A stretch of 64,000 nucleotides of DNA from positions 38,750,001 through 38,814,000 of the forward strand of contig OZ024755.1 of assembly GCA_964016885.1 (NCBI GenBank), given 5' to 3'. Position 1 is the stretch's first letter. Each line of letters opens with the position of its first letter. Below the pieces are notes generated by a model that saw only the letters and a list, made by a program, of their open reading frames with translations, was not told where the DNA came from and made no database searches. The DNA is from Eledone cirrhosa (taxonomy: Eukaryota). Positions 10,149-21,748 of this stretch are shown piece by piece. The position numbers and the translations under genes are program-made.

Positions 10149-13100
10149 ATGGCCCTCAGGTTTCACCCCTCCAACACATATATCGATATGTGGGCTGTTC
10201 TTCGCCCACAATCACGGGCAATGTCGACCGTAACGCTGAGGAGCCGAGATATCCAAATACCAGCACTTGATCGACCTTTCCGTAACTGTTACTGTCGAGA
10301 ACCCTGCTACCGTCTTTCCTTGATCGGCACTTATCGAGCTTTTCGTGAGGACCACTGTCGAGACCCCTGTGCTGTCTTCAGCACTTATCGACCTTTTCGT
10401 GAGGATCCCTGTGCTGCCTTCAGCACTTATCGACCTTTTCGTGAGGACCACTGTGCTGCCTTCAGCACTTATCGACCTTTTCGTGAGGACCACTGTCGAG
10501 ACCCCTGTGCTGCCTTCAGCACTTATCGACCTTTTCGTGAGGACCACTGTCGAGACCCCTGTGCTGTCTTCAGCACTTATCGACCTTTTCGTGAGGACCA
10601 CTGTCGAGACCCCTGTGCTGTCTTCAGCACTTATCGACCTTTTCGTGAGGACCCCTGTGCTGTCTTCAGCACTTATCGACCTTTTCGTGAGGACCACTGT
10701 CGAGACCCCTGTGCTGTCTTCAGCACTTATCGACCTTTTCGTGAGGACCCCTGTGCTGTCTTCAGCACTTATCGACCTTTTCGTGAGGACCCCTGTGCTG
10801 TCTTCAGCACTTATCGACCTTTTCGTGAGGACCCCTGTGCTGTCTTCAGCACTTATCGACCTTTTCGTGAGGACCACTGTCGAGACCCCTGTGCTGTCTT
10901 CAGCACTTATCGACCTTTTCGTGAGGACCACTGTCGAGACCCCTGTGCTGTCTTCAGCACTTATCGACCTTTTCGTGAGGACCCCTGTGCTGTCTTCAGC
11001 ACTTATCGACCTTTTCGTGAGGACCACTGTCGAGACCCCTGTGCTGTCTTCAGCACTTATCGACCTTTTCGTGAGGACCCCTGTGCTGTCTTCAGCACTT
11101 ATCGACCTTTTCGTGAGGACCCCTGTGCTGTCTTCAGCACTTATCGACCTTTTCGTGAGGACCCCTGTGCTGTCTTCAGCACTTATCGACCTTTTCGTGA
11201 GGACCCCTGTGCTGTCTTCAGCACTTATCGACCTTTTCGTGAGGACCACTGTCGAGACCCCTGTGCTGCCTTCAGCACTTATCGACCTTTTCGTGAGGAC
11301 CACTGTCGAGACCCCTGTGCTGTCTTCAGCACTTATCGACCTTTTCGTGAGGACCACTGTCGAGACCCCTGTGCTGTCTTCAGCACTTATCGACCTTTTC
11401 GTGAGGACCCTGTGCTGTCTTCAGCACTTATCGACCTTTTCGTGAGGACCCCTGTGCTGTCTTCAGCACTTATCGACCTTTTCGTGAGGACCCCTGTGCT
11501 GTCTTCAGCACTTATCGACCTTTTCGTGAGGACCCCTGTGCTGTCTTCAGCACTTATCGACCTTTTCGTGAGGACCACTGTCGAGACCCCTGTGCTGCCT
11601 TCAGCACTTATCGACCTTTTCGTGAGGACCACTGTCGAGACCCCTGTGCTGCCTTCAGCACTTATCGACCTTTTCGTGAGGACCACTGTCGAGACCCCTG
11701 TGCTGCCTTCAGCACTTATCGACCTTTTCGTGAGGACCACTGTCGAGACCCCTGTGCTGTCTTCAGCACTTATCGACCTTTTCGTGAGGACCACTGTCGA
11801 GACCCCTGTGCTGTCTTCAGCACTTATCGACCTTTTCGTGAGGACCACTGTCGAGACCCCTGTGCTGCCTTCAGCACTTATCGACCTTTTCGTGAGGACC
11901 ACTGTCGAGACCCATGTGCTGCCTTCAACACTTATCGTCCTTTTCGTGAGGACCACTGTCGAGACACCTGTGCTGTCTTCAGCACGTATCGCCTTTTCGT
12001 GAGGACCCCTGTGCTGTCTTCAGCACTTATCGACCTTTTCGTGAGGACCACTGTCGAGACCCCTGTGCTGCCTTCAGCACTTATCGACCTTTTCGTGAGG
12101 ACCACTGTCGAGACCCCTGTGCTGCCTTCAGCACTTATCGACCTTTTCGTGAGGACCACTGTCGAGACCCCTGGGCTGTCTTCAGCACTTATCGACCTTT
12201 TCGTGAGGACCCCTGTGCTGTCTTCAGCACTTATCGACCTTTTCGTGAGGACCACTGTCGAGACCCCTGTGCTGCCTTCAGCACTTATCGACCTTTTCGT
12301 GAGGACCACTGTCGAGACCCCTGTGCTGTCTTCAGCACTTATCGACCTTTTCGTGAGGACCACTGTCGAGACCCCAGTGCTGTCTTCAGCACTTATCGAC
12401 CTTTTCGTGAGGACCCCTGTGCTGTCTTCAGCACTTATCGACCTTTTCGTGAGGACCCCTGTGCTGTCTTCAGCACTTATCGACCTTTTCGTGAGGACCA
12501 CTGTCGAGACCCCTGTGCTGCCTTCAGCACTTATCGACCTTTTCGTGAGGACCACTGTCGAGACCCCTGTGCTGCCTTCAGCACTTATCGACCTTTTCGT
12601 GAGGACCACTGTCGAGACCCCTGTGCTGCCTTCAGCACTTATCGACCTTTTCGTGAGGACCACTGTCGAGACCCCTGTGCTGTCTTCAGCACTTATCGAC
12701 CTTTTCGTGAGGACCACTGTCGAGACCCTTGTGCTGCCTTCAGCACTTATCGACCTTTTCGTGAGGACCACTGTCGAGACCCCTGTGCTGCCTTCAGCAC
12801 TTATCGACCTTTTCGTGAGGACCACTGTCGAGACCCCTGTGCTGCCTTCAGCACTTATCGACCTTTTCGTGAGGACCACTGTCGAGACCCCTCAGCTGCC
12901 TTCAACACTTATCGTCCTTTTCGTGAGGACCACTGTCGAGACCCCTGTGCTGTCTTCAGCACGTATCGCCTTTTCGTGAGGACCCCTGTGCTGTCTTCAG
13001 CACTTATCGACCTTTTCGTGAGGACCACTGTCGAGACCCCTGTGCTGCCTTCAGCACTTATCGACCTTTTCGTGAGGACCACTGTCGAGACCCCTGTGCT

Positions 13101-14321
13101 GCCTTCAGCACTTATCGACCTTTTCGTGAGGACCACTGTCGAGACCCCTGTGCTGTCTTCAGCACTTATCGACCTTTTCGTGAGGACCACTGTCGAGACC
13201 CCAGTGCTGTCTTCAGCACTTATCGACCTTTTCGTGAGGACCCCTGTGCTGTCTTCAGCACTTATCGACCTTTTCGTGAGGACCCCTGTGCTGTCTTCAG
13301 CACTTATCGACCTTTTCGTGAGGACCACTGTCGAGACCCCTGTGCTGCCTTCAGCACTTATCGACCTTTTCGTGAGGACCACTGTCGAGACCCCTGTGCT
13401 GCCTTCAGCACTTATCGACCTTTTCGTGAGGACCACTGTCGAGACCCCTGTGCTGCCTTCAGCACTTATCGACCTTTTCGTGAGGACCACTGTCGAGACC
13501 CCTGTGCTGTCTTCAGCACTTATCGACCTTTTCGTGAGGACCACTGTCGAGACCCTTGTGCTGCCTTCAGCACTTATCGACCTTTTCGTGAGGACCACTG
13601 TCGAGACCCCTGTGCTGCCTTCAGCACTTATCGACCTTTTCGTGAGGACCACTGTCGAGACCCCTGTGCTGCCTTCAGCACTTATCGACCTTTTCGTGAG
13701 GACCACTGTCGAGACCCCTCAGCTGCCTTCAACACTTATCGTCCTTTTCGTGAGGACCACTGTCGAGACCCCTGTGCTGTCTTCAGCACGTATCGCCTTT
13801 TCGTGAGGACCCCTGTGCTGTCTTCAGCACTTATCGACCTTTTCGTGAGGACCACTGTCGAGACCCCTGTGCTGCCTTCAGCACTTATCGACCTTTTCGT
13901 GAGGACCACTGTCGAGACCCCTGTGCTGCCTTCAGCACTTATCGACCTTTTCGTGAGGACCACTGTCGAGACCCCTGTGCTGTCTTCAGCACTTATCGAC
14001 CTTTTCGTGAGGACCAGTCGAGACCCCTGTGCTGCCTTCAGCACTTATCGACCTTTTCGTGAGGACCACTGTCGAGACCCCTGTGCTGTCTTCAGCACTT
14101 ATCGACCTTTTCGTGAGGACCACTGTCGAGACCCCTGTGCTGTCTTCAGCACTTATCGACCTTTTCGTGAGGACCACTGTCGAGACCCCTGTGCTGCCTT
14201 CAGCACTGATCGACCTTTTCGTGAGGACCACTGTCGAGACCCCTGCTGCTGTTTTTCCTCCAGCAATATTGGGAGGAGTACATCCCGCCTGAGGAAAGGA
14301 CCACGTGAGGTGGAGTGGTAG
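10149..14321 (+). other. Candidate Cys/Arg-rich ORF expanded by a coding minisatellite; frameshifted as assembled
   Basis: ATG 10149, unique N-terminus, repeats STYRPFREDHCRDPCAVF, unique C-terminus DPCCCFSSS...EVEW ending in TAG at 14321; several unit variants are synonymous in this frame. Confidence 0.4.
10325..14245. repeat. Tandem array of 54-bp and 42-bp units with higher-order blocks
   Basis: cgaccttttcgtgaggac[cactgtcgagac]ccctgtgctgYcttcagcacttat; marker variant agcacgtatcgcctttt recurs at ~11981, 12958, 13786. Confidence 0.97.
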
Positions 14322-14562
14322 ATGCAGTGGCTGACGCTGAAAGTTTTCCATTGCAAAACCTTCGGAACGCTGCTGTGATATACCACCTAGACAGAGGTTT
14401 ATAGACCCCTCCCCCCACTTCCACTATTTCTTCATTATATAATTGTGTTCAACAATCAATATAATTTGAAAATGTTATAACCATATCTAATTAGCTGCTG
14501 TGAGAGAGAAGCATTTCAGTATTACGAAATACGCTACCACACACGTTCTACTCATCTCTCTC

Positions 14563-14614
<52 letters not shown>

Positions 14615-14873
14615 ACGATGAACACACGCGTATAACTTGCTGAGTAAGTTCTGTTTAAATTTCTATAGAAATTCTTGTCTGATAACTTTAATTTTTGTAC
14701 CATTTTGTAGAGGGACTGCCAGGTCAAACTTTGATCTGGTCAGTCTCTCAAAATATTCTACGCCTTTAGGCGAAATAGTTAAACAAAAAAAAAAAGTTTT
14801 TTCTTGTTGAAAAGTCAATATTTTTTAAATAGCCGAAGCTTCTTCACCAAAATTCGAAGGAGGAAAGGGGAAG

Positions 14874-16613
14874 ATGAACTTACAGCTTCCCTCTGCCACT
14901 GTCACAGTAGCAGAGGTCAAGAAGAAAGGTCAGCCAGAGGAAGAATTCTCTCCACCTGTTAACCGACAACTTGACGTTGCCATGGCAACAACCCAAAGAA
15001 TCAGCAGCAACAGCAACAACAACAACAATGCGACGGACGAAAACAACACCAATAACAACAACAACAACAACAAGACCAATAACGGTGACAACAACAACAA
15101 TGATAACAACAACACCACCAACGACAACAACAACACAAACAAACAAAATTTCTCCTTCGCCGAGACGACAAGGAAAACCCTCGACTATCTGCCAGTAGAT
15201 ATAACAAAAGCGAAGGAGCTACTGGCGGATGCGAAAAAATATATAGTGTACGGGGAAAATGGTTCATTCACAATCCATTCCCCCCCGGAACTAAAAAGCC
15301 AGAGACTCCTAAACACGGTCATGTTTAGGACAATCTCGAACAAAAGTAAAAAACCAGCTCAACCATCACAGAGCGAGATAGAGCTGGTTTTAAAAGACGT
15401 CATGAAGGACATCACCTTCATTCAGAAGGATAGACTCTACGGGAGTCTATCCATTCTCATGAAGGACAGGGACACAGCAGTGAAACTGTCCATCAAACCA
15501 ATCACATCCACCGCATACACCTTCTACCCTACGTACATGGGTAGAAGAACACAAAAAATAAAAATCCACACCATCCTGCCGATTATGGACATATGGTGGG
15601 TTTTGACAGGTTTTCTGGACCTGGAGGATGACATGCTGGTGTCCATGGGAAAGGCATCGGGTGACGCGTTCAGTGGAACGAGCCTCGAACTTGTAGTTCA
15701 AATGAGGCCCGAAAGGATCGCCCAGATCCCTGAACGCGTCATACTGGATGATCTGACCTTCATCAACATTACCGTTGAGGGTAGACGGCCCTCGTGTTAC
15801 CTCTGCGGAACCAGAGGTCACCTGAGGGCTGTCTGTCCCCAACTTAATAAGAAAACCCCAATCCTGCCTACACCACCAACAACTGCACAACCAACACAAT
15901 CACCACAACTACCACTACAAAAACAACCACCACAGCTCAAACCAAAACAAAACAATGTCCAACCCATCCCCTCCACTCAAAAAACAAAAACAATTTCCAA
16001 AACACCCGTACCGCAAACACAACCCGAAAATATACCCCTCCCTTCCAACGCGGAAGATGACCCTAGTTCGTCGTCAGACGAGGAGGAGCACTTCCACACA
16101 ATCAAAAGAAAAAAAAGAAAACACACCTCAGACACACAAATGAAAAAAAACCCTCCCCAAAACATAACACTGACACCAACACAAAAGAGCTCACAACAGC
16201 AAACAAAAAACACCACACAAAAACAAAAACATGCATACACATACATAAATACAAGAAACAAAAAACTGTTAAACATTGTGTACAACAACAATCTAATAAA
16301 AACACAAGGGCCTAACTTCACCCAGGCAGGGGATTTCCCCCACCTCAAAATGATTAAGGCCCCACAGGACACCTATAAAACTTTAAAAAACAATTTTAAA
16401 GAGGACGTGGGCTCCCCCTGCGTCGGGCCCATTAACCGCGTCCTCCTAAAAAACTATCCCACCCCCTCCCCAAACACCCACACAACTCCAAGCTCCCCAA
16501 CCACACAACACACTGATGCCCCCACACTTCCACAAACCACCACCCCACCCAACAACCCATCCCCCACCCTAATGGAAATTGTGCAGCCCGATACCCGGGA
16601 CGCAGAGAGGTAA
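14874..16613 (+). CDS. LINE ORF1, gag-like nucleic-acid-binding protein
   Basis: 579 aa; CCHC knuckle CYLCGTRGHLRAVC; poly-Asn tract; basic KRKKRK segment; directly upstream of the RT ORF. Confidence 0.9.
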   Translation: MNLQLPSATVTVAEVKKKGQPEEEFSPPVNRQLDVAMATTQRISSNSNNNNNATDENNTNNNNNNNKTNNGDNNNNDNNNTTNDNNNTNKQNFSFAETTRKTLDYLPVDITKAKELLADAKKYIVYGENGSFTIHSPPELKSQRLLNTVMFRTISNKSKKPAQPSQSEIELVLKDVMKDITFIQKDRLYGSLSILMKDRDTAVKLSIKPITSTAYTFYPTYMGRRTQKIKIHTILPIMDIWWVLTGFLDLEDDMLVSMGKASGDAFSGTSLELVVQMRPERIAQIPERVILDDLTFINITVEGRRPSCYLCGTRGHLRAVCPQLNKKTPILPTPPTTAQPTQSPQLPLQKQPPQLKPKQNNVQPIPSTQKTKTISKTPVPQTQPENIPLPSNAEDDPSSSSDEEEHFHTIKRKKRKHTSDTQMKKNPPQNITLTPTQKSSQQQTKNTTQKQKHAYTYINTRNKKLLNIVYNNNLIKTQGPNFTQAGDFPHLKMIKAPQDTYKTLKNNFKEDVGSPCVGPINRVLLKNYPTPSPNTHTTPSSPTTQHTDAPTLPQTTTPPNNPSPTLMEIVQPDTRDAER

Positions 16614-16637
16614 GTGCCTTTTCTCTTCACCACCAAC

Positions 16638-19600
16638 ATGGCTATGCTAAGAGTAGGCTGTTTAAATGCGCGTGGCCTGGGCTCAACTTGGAAACAAGCA
16701 ATGCTTCTAAATGACCTCAGGTCACAACGTATAGATGTGATGGTTATTTGCGAGGCCCGGATCAGCAACGTGCGACAGCTGGCCCCCACCTTTGATGACT
16801 TTGAGATGCACGCATCTCTCTGTCAGCCCGGAGGTGGGGGTGGAGTTGTCGTTCTGCTGCAAAAACATCTGGGTCTCGCAACACAGATGGTACATTTGGA
16901 CCCGGAGGGTCGACTAGTGGTTCTGGACCTTGGCAGTGGTAAAGGCGGAGCGTTTAGGTTGGTAGCCGCCTACGGCCCTTTCGGGTCAATGCGGCCGGAC
17001 TTCTTCCATCGTCTGGAGACTTTTCTGGGGACGTCCCGCTCCTTGCTATTAGTGGGGGACTGGAATGGTATCCTAGATGCACGCTGGGACTACGTAGGGG
17101 CCTGCCCCGATAGAGAGGGGTGTAATAGCCTCAAAGGGTTAATCGGTCGATTTGACCTGGCCGATAGATATCGACTAGATTTTCCGACTGCGCCAACCTG
17201 GACTTGGGCAAATCGTAGCGGATCATCTAGGTCGTACCTAGATAGGTTCTTAGTTAGAATTAAGGATAAGGACTTTTTAAGTTGTCCAAAAATGCGCATG
17301 GTTGGCTATTCAGACCACAAATTAGTGACCTGCATGGTCAACCTTGACAGAACTCATAGACAGGGCCCCGGTTACTGGAAGCTCAACTTGTCCTTGCCGG
17401 CAAGTAGAGCCTACAGGAATCGGATTAGTACGTTAGTTAAGGAACGGTTGACTGGAGCGATCGTCAACAGCAGGTGGTGGGTATCTCTAAAGAGAGAGAT
17501 TAGAGTAGTCTCGATAGAATTTAGTAAGGTTCTAGCTGCGGATAGGAATAGGAAGGAAAGGGAGCTAATAGATAGAGTAGAAGAGGCAATTAGAAGCGGC
17601 GACGTGGCCAGAGTGCTAGCGTCGAGAACGGCTTTGAGCCAGTTTTTCGACGCGAAGCACGAAGGCTGCGTTGTCCGAAGTAAAATACGTGCTCTAGGGA
17701 ACGAGGGGACCAAAGCTGTTAGCTGGGCCCGCGTGACAGAGGCCAACAGTGGAACTAAATCCTCCATCCGGTCTTTGCGAGACCTGGATGGACGGGCGAT
17801 TCTTGAGCCTAAGCAGATGTGTGAGGCCTTTCAAAGGCACTTTGCCCGACTGTTCGGGAGGGGCGGGGAGCCGGTTGGGAACGTGGACTTCGGTCCATAC
17901 CTCGACGGCCTGCCGCGCCTCTCGGACAGGGAGGCGAAGTCCTGCGAGGAGCCGATTTCGGCCGCTGAGATAGAGGTCGTGCTGAGCCAATGCGGCAAAC
18001 GCAAATCCCCGGGTCTCGATGGTCTTCCTTACGAATTATATCTAGCTATGCCGGACTTGTTCCCCGATCTCCTCGAGGCGGTCTACTGCAACTGGCAACA
18101 GAACGGGAGAATTCCCTGTACTGTGACCAAGGGCGTAGTCACGCTAGTGAGGAAGGACGAGAACAAGGGGGACGAAATAAGTAACTTCAGGCCCATAACA
18201 CTGCTAAATACAGAGTTACAGATTTTGGCCAAGGTGCTAGCAAAGAGGTTGGCGCTTGTCGTGGGCAACCTGGTGGGAGATGCGCAGACATGCGCTATCC
18301 CGTCCAGGTCCATCCATGACAACCTCCACCTCATGCGATACATCATAGAGAGGGTTGGGAACGAACCCGGCTTTGGTGGGGCTCTGATCAACTTGGATCA
18401 ATCTAAGGCGTTCGATAGGGTCGACCATGGTTACCTGGATGCGGTGCTAGCGGCAGCAGGCTTCGGACCCGTTTTCAGGGCCTGGATCACTGCTATGCAC
18501 AGCAGCCGCATCTGCTCTAGGGTCAAGGTGAACGGCTACCTCTCGGAGCCGTTCAAAATCGCGCGGTCCATCCGACAAGGGTGCCCTCTCTCCTCCCTTC
18601 TGTATGTATTGACTCTCGAGCCACTACTGCGGAAGTTGGAGTTGTTGCAGGGCATCCCCTTGGAACCGGGATTGCGGAAAGCGGTGTCGGCCTACGCCGA
18701 TGACGTGACAGTAATGGTGTCGACGGCCTCCGAAATCGAGGCGGTCGGCACCTTACTGGAGGAGTACGAAAGGTTCACAGGGGTTAAGCTGAACCGGGAC
18801 AAGTCGATCGGTTTGCAACTCGGCACGTGGAGGGGCAGACCGATGCCCTCCGATAGCGTCGTCGGACGCTGGACGGAGGGCCCGGTGAAGTTGCTCGGGG
18901 TCTGGTTCGGACCGGACCTCCAGGTGGAGAAAAACTGGGCGGAGGTTACGAACAGGGTGTTTGCACTGACCCAGAAGTGGGCCAGTTGCAAACTATCCCT
19001 GAAAGGTCGGGCGGAAGTGGCGAACACCTACATAGCGTCCGTCATCTACTACCGCCTGACCGTAGTGCCCTGCCCAAGGGAAACCCTCACCAAGATGGAG
19101 CGCGCGCTCTTCCAATTCCTTTGGAAGAGGCGGGCTCCTATGGTGAGGAGATCCATCTGCTGTCAACACCCTTCGAAAGGAGGGCTGGGGATGCCGTGGC
19201 TAATGATGCGTAAACACGCATTAAGGCTACGGCACCTCTACGTATTCCTCACCGGACAACCGGTGTGGGCCTCGTTTGTGAGACGAACCTTTCCCAGACT
19301 CGTCTCACTCACCGAGCTGCAATCCTGGGTCAAGCAAAGACCGAGAAAACTGGGCGCCTGGCACACTGAGTGTGCCCAGGCGCTCACCGCCCTCTGGCAG
19401 GCGGATCCGGTTATCAGTGGAGACTCCACCGCAACATTCTATAGAGGGCTGGTACGCAGCAGGTGCGACGACGCCCTCGGAGAAGCCCTAGACATGGAGG
19501 AGGACGAACTGGCCAGCCTGTTCGGTAGGACATTCAGCCCAGGACCTATGGACAATTTCCAGAAGTCCCTGGCCTGGCAGTGCTACCGAGGGGCTTTACC

Positions 19601-20075
19601 CGTTCGAGAAAGGCTCTACAGACACGGGCGCCCGGGTAGGGACCCCGCCAAAAAGATCTGTCCCAGATGCGTGTGCGACGAGGAAACCGTTGCACACGCA
19701 TTGGTACACTGCTCGGGCGTAGCCGATCTGTGGGGCTATGTCGAACAACTGCTGTCAAGGGTGGGACCGATCCGGTTGACCACCGAGTCTATTGTAATGA
19801 TCAAGCCGCCTCCCCCCTTCAAAGATGAAGCAGAGGCGGTGTTTCTGTGCGTAATAGCCATGGCGAAAGAGGTTGTATGGTGGACGCGTCTGAAAGGACT
19901 GAGGTCAGGCACCTTTCTCTCTGGCCAACAACTGGTCCATTTCTTCCGATATCATTTCGGAAGAAGGATCAGGATGGAGAGAGAGGTGCTGCACCCCAGC
20001 CGTTTCTATGAAAGATGGGTGAAAGTGGCGAGAATGGCCCGTGTGAATGGGCCTTCACTCTACATCAGACTATAG
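16638..20075 (+). CDS. LINE ORF2: AP endonuclease, reverse transcriptase and C-terminal zinc finger
   Basis: APE motifs LNARGL, GDWN, LDRF, SDH; RT motifs SPGLDG, FRPITLLN, DQSKAFDRV, IRQGCPLS, YADDV; CPRC-x8-H-x4-C; first ATG at 16638 (track starts at GTG 16614). Confidence 0.97.
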   Translation: MAMLRVGCLNARGLGSTWKQAMLLNDLRSQRIDVMVICEARISNVRQLAPTFDDFEMHASLCQPGGGGGVVVLLQKHLGLATQMVHLDPEGRLVVLDLGSGKGGAFRLVAAYGPFGSMRPDFFHRLETFLGTSRSLLLVGDWNGILDARWDYVGACPDREGCNSLKGLIGRFDLADRYRLDFPTAPTWTWANRSGSSRSYLDRFLVRIKDKDFLSCPKMRMVGYSDHKLVTCMVNLDRTHRQGPGYWKLNLSLPASRAYRNRISTLVKERLTGAIVNSRWWVSLKREIRVVSIEFSKVLAADRNRKERELIDRVEEAIRSGDVARVLASRTALSQFFDAKHEGCVVRSKIRALGNEGTKAVSWARVTEANSGTKSSIRSLRDLDGRAILEPKQMCEAFQRHFARLFGRGGEPVGNVDFGPYLDGLPRLSDREAKSCEEPISAAEIEVVLSQCGKRKSPGLDGLPYELYLAMPDLFPDLLEAVYCNWQQNGRIPCTVTKGVVTLVRKDENKGDEISNFRPITLLNTELQILAKVLAKRLALVVGNLVGDAQTCAIPSRSIHDNLHLMRYIIERVGNEPGFGGALINLDQSKAFDRVDHGYLDAVLAAAGFGPVFRAWITAMHSSRICSRVKVNGYLSEPFKIARSIRQGCPLSSLLYVLTLEPLLRKLELLQGIPLEPGLRKAVSAYADDVTVMVSTASEIEAVGTLLEEYERFTGVKLNRDKSIGLQLGTWRGRPMPSDSVVGRWTEGPVKLLGVWFGPDLQVEKNWAEVTNRVFALTQKWASCKLSLKGRAEVANTYIASVIYYRLTVVPCPRETLTKMERALFQFLWKRRAPMVRRSICCQHPSKGGLGMPWLMMRKHALRLRHLYVFLTGQPVWASFVRRTFPRLVSLTELQSWVKQRPRKLGAWHTECAQALTALWQADPVISGDSTATFYRGLVRSRCDDALGEALDMEEDELASLFGRTFSPGPMDNFQKSLAWQCYRGALPVRERLYRHGRPGRDPAKKICPRCVCDEETVAHALVHCSGVADLWGYVEQLLSRVGPIRLTTESIVMIKPPPPFKDEAEAVFLCVIAMAKEVVWWTRLKGLRSGTFLSGQQLVHFFRYHFGRRIRMEREVLHPSRFYERWVKVARMARVNGPSLYIRL

Positions 20076-20519
20076 GTGAGGAAGATGAAAGACCAAGGGA
20101 GCACCCCTTCTCTGTGCTCCTGAGGAGAAGGGTTGCACACTTTTTTCGGGGGTGTGTGCGACCCCCCAAGGCGCCTCCTCTCTATTGAGGATTTTGTTAA
20201 AAATTTTATTTTTTGTTATATCTTATTTTATTTTTATATTTTGTTATTGCCTCCTCCTTATTGAGGACGCCTTTTTGTGTAAACTCCCCCCTTTGTACTT
20301 GTCCCACTTTTGATGCCCTAGTGGCAAATAAAAGAAACATATCTATCTATCTATCTATCTATCTCTCTATCTACACCCACACATCCACACATATATACAG
20401 GGACATGTATATATGTATATATATATAAAGATACACACACACACACACATATATATATATAAAATAAAATAAGAATTTTATTTCTCGTTCTAGCACAGCT
20501 GATACATAAAAGTAAGTAT

Positions 20520-21602
20520 GCACACGTACACACACATACATTCACACAAACACACACATACATTCACACAAACACATGCATTCACACATACACACACACA
20601 TACATTCACACAAACACATACATTCACACAAACACACACATGCATTCACACGTACACACACATACATTCACACAAACACACACATACATTCACACAAACC
20701 AACACACATACATTCACACAGATTCACACACATTCACACAAACCCACACACATACATTCACACATACATTCACAGAAACACACACAAACACACATACATT
20801 CACACAAACACACACACATACATTCACACATACGCACACATACATTCACACAAACACACACATACATTCACTCAAACACACACATACATTCACTCAAACA
20901 CATACATTCACACACACATATGCATTCACACATACACACAAACATACATTCACACATACACACACATACATTCACACATACACACACACATACATTCGCA
21001 CAAACACACATACATTCACACAAACACATGCATTCACGCATACACGCACACATACATTCACAAAAACACACACATACATTCACACATACATTCACACAAA
21101 CACACACAAACACACACATGCATTCACACATACATTCACACAAACACACACACATACATTCACACAAACACACATACATTCACACAAACATACACATACA
21201 TTCACACATACATTCTACATAAACACACACATACACACATACATTCACACACACACAGACATACATTCACACATACACACATACATTCACACAAACACAG
21301 ATTCATTCACACAAACAAACATACATTCACACAAACTCACACATACATTCACACATACACACACATACATTTACACATACATTCACACACACAGACATAC
21401 ATTCACACATACACATACATACATTCACACAAACACACACACATACATTCACACATACACATACATTCACACAAACACACACATACATTCACATAAACAC
21501 ACACATACACACACATACATTCACACATACACACACAAATACATTCACACACACACATTTACATTCACACACACACACATACATTCACACACACACTCAC
21601 AC
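20520..21602. repeat. (CA)n/CATACATT compound simple repeat
   Basis: Recurrent cacacatacattcacacaaa. Confidence 0.95.
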
Positions 21603-21748
21603 AGAGCGTAGTTTTTTCCCCACCCCTTCGTTACACACACACAATAACACAGGCAGCAGATGTAAACAGAGAGGAGTAGTATGAGGTAGTCAATCTACTC
21701 CTCTCTCTTTATATGTTGTGACAGAGTCTCAGAAATTTATATATAGAT

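Larger units (their letters stand above)
14613..20338 (+). mobile_element. Full-length Tx1-clade (L1 group) non-LTR retrotransposon in a (TATC)n microsatellite
   Basis: Two intact ORFs, 260-bp 5'UTR, 3'UTR with AATAAA at 20327 and a short A-rich end; (tatc)n on both sides (~14565-14612 and ~20340-20362). Confidence 0.93.

Noticed and set aside
10325-14245. CRISPR-like regular repeat
   Set aside because: No unique spacers or cas genes; eukaryotic context
10212-14351. Minus-strand repeats LTKR-SISAEDSTG resembling a neuropeptide precursor with dibasic sites
   Set aside because: No signal peptide or amidation pattern, repeated frameshifts, and synonymous changes favour the plus-strand frame
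20518-21611. His/Thr-rich ORFs (also YI, CV and poly-T/V ORFs elsewhere)
   Set aside because: Translations of microsatellites
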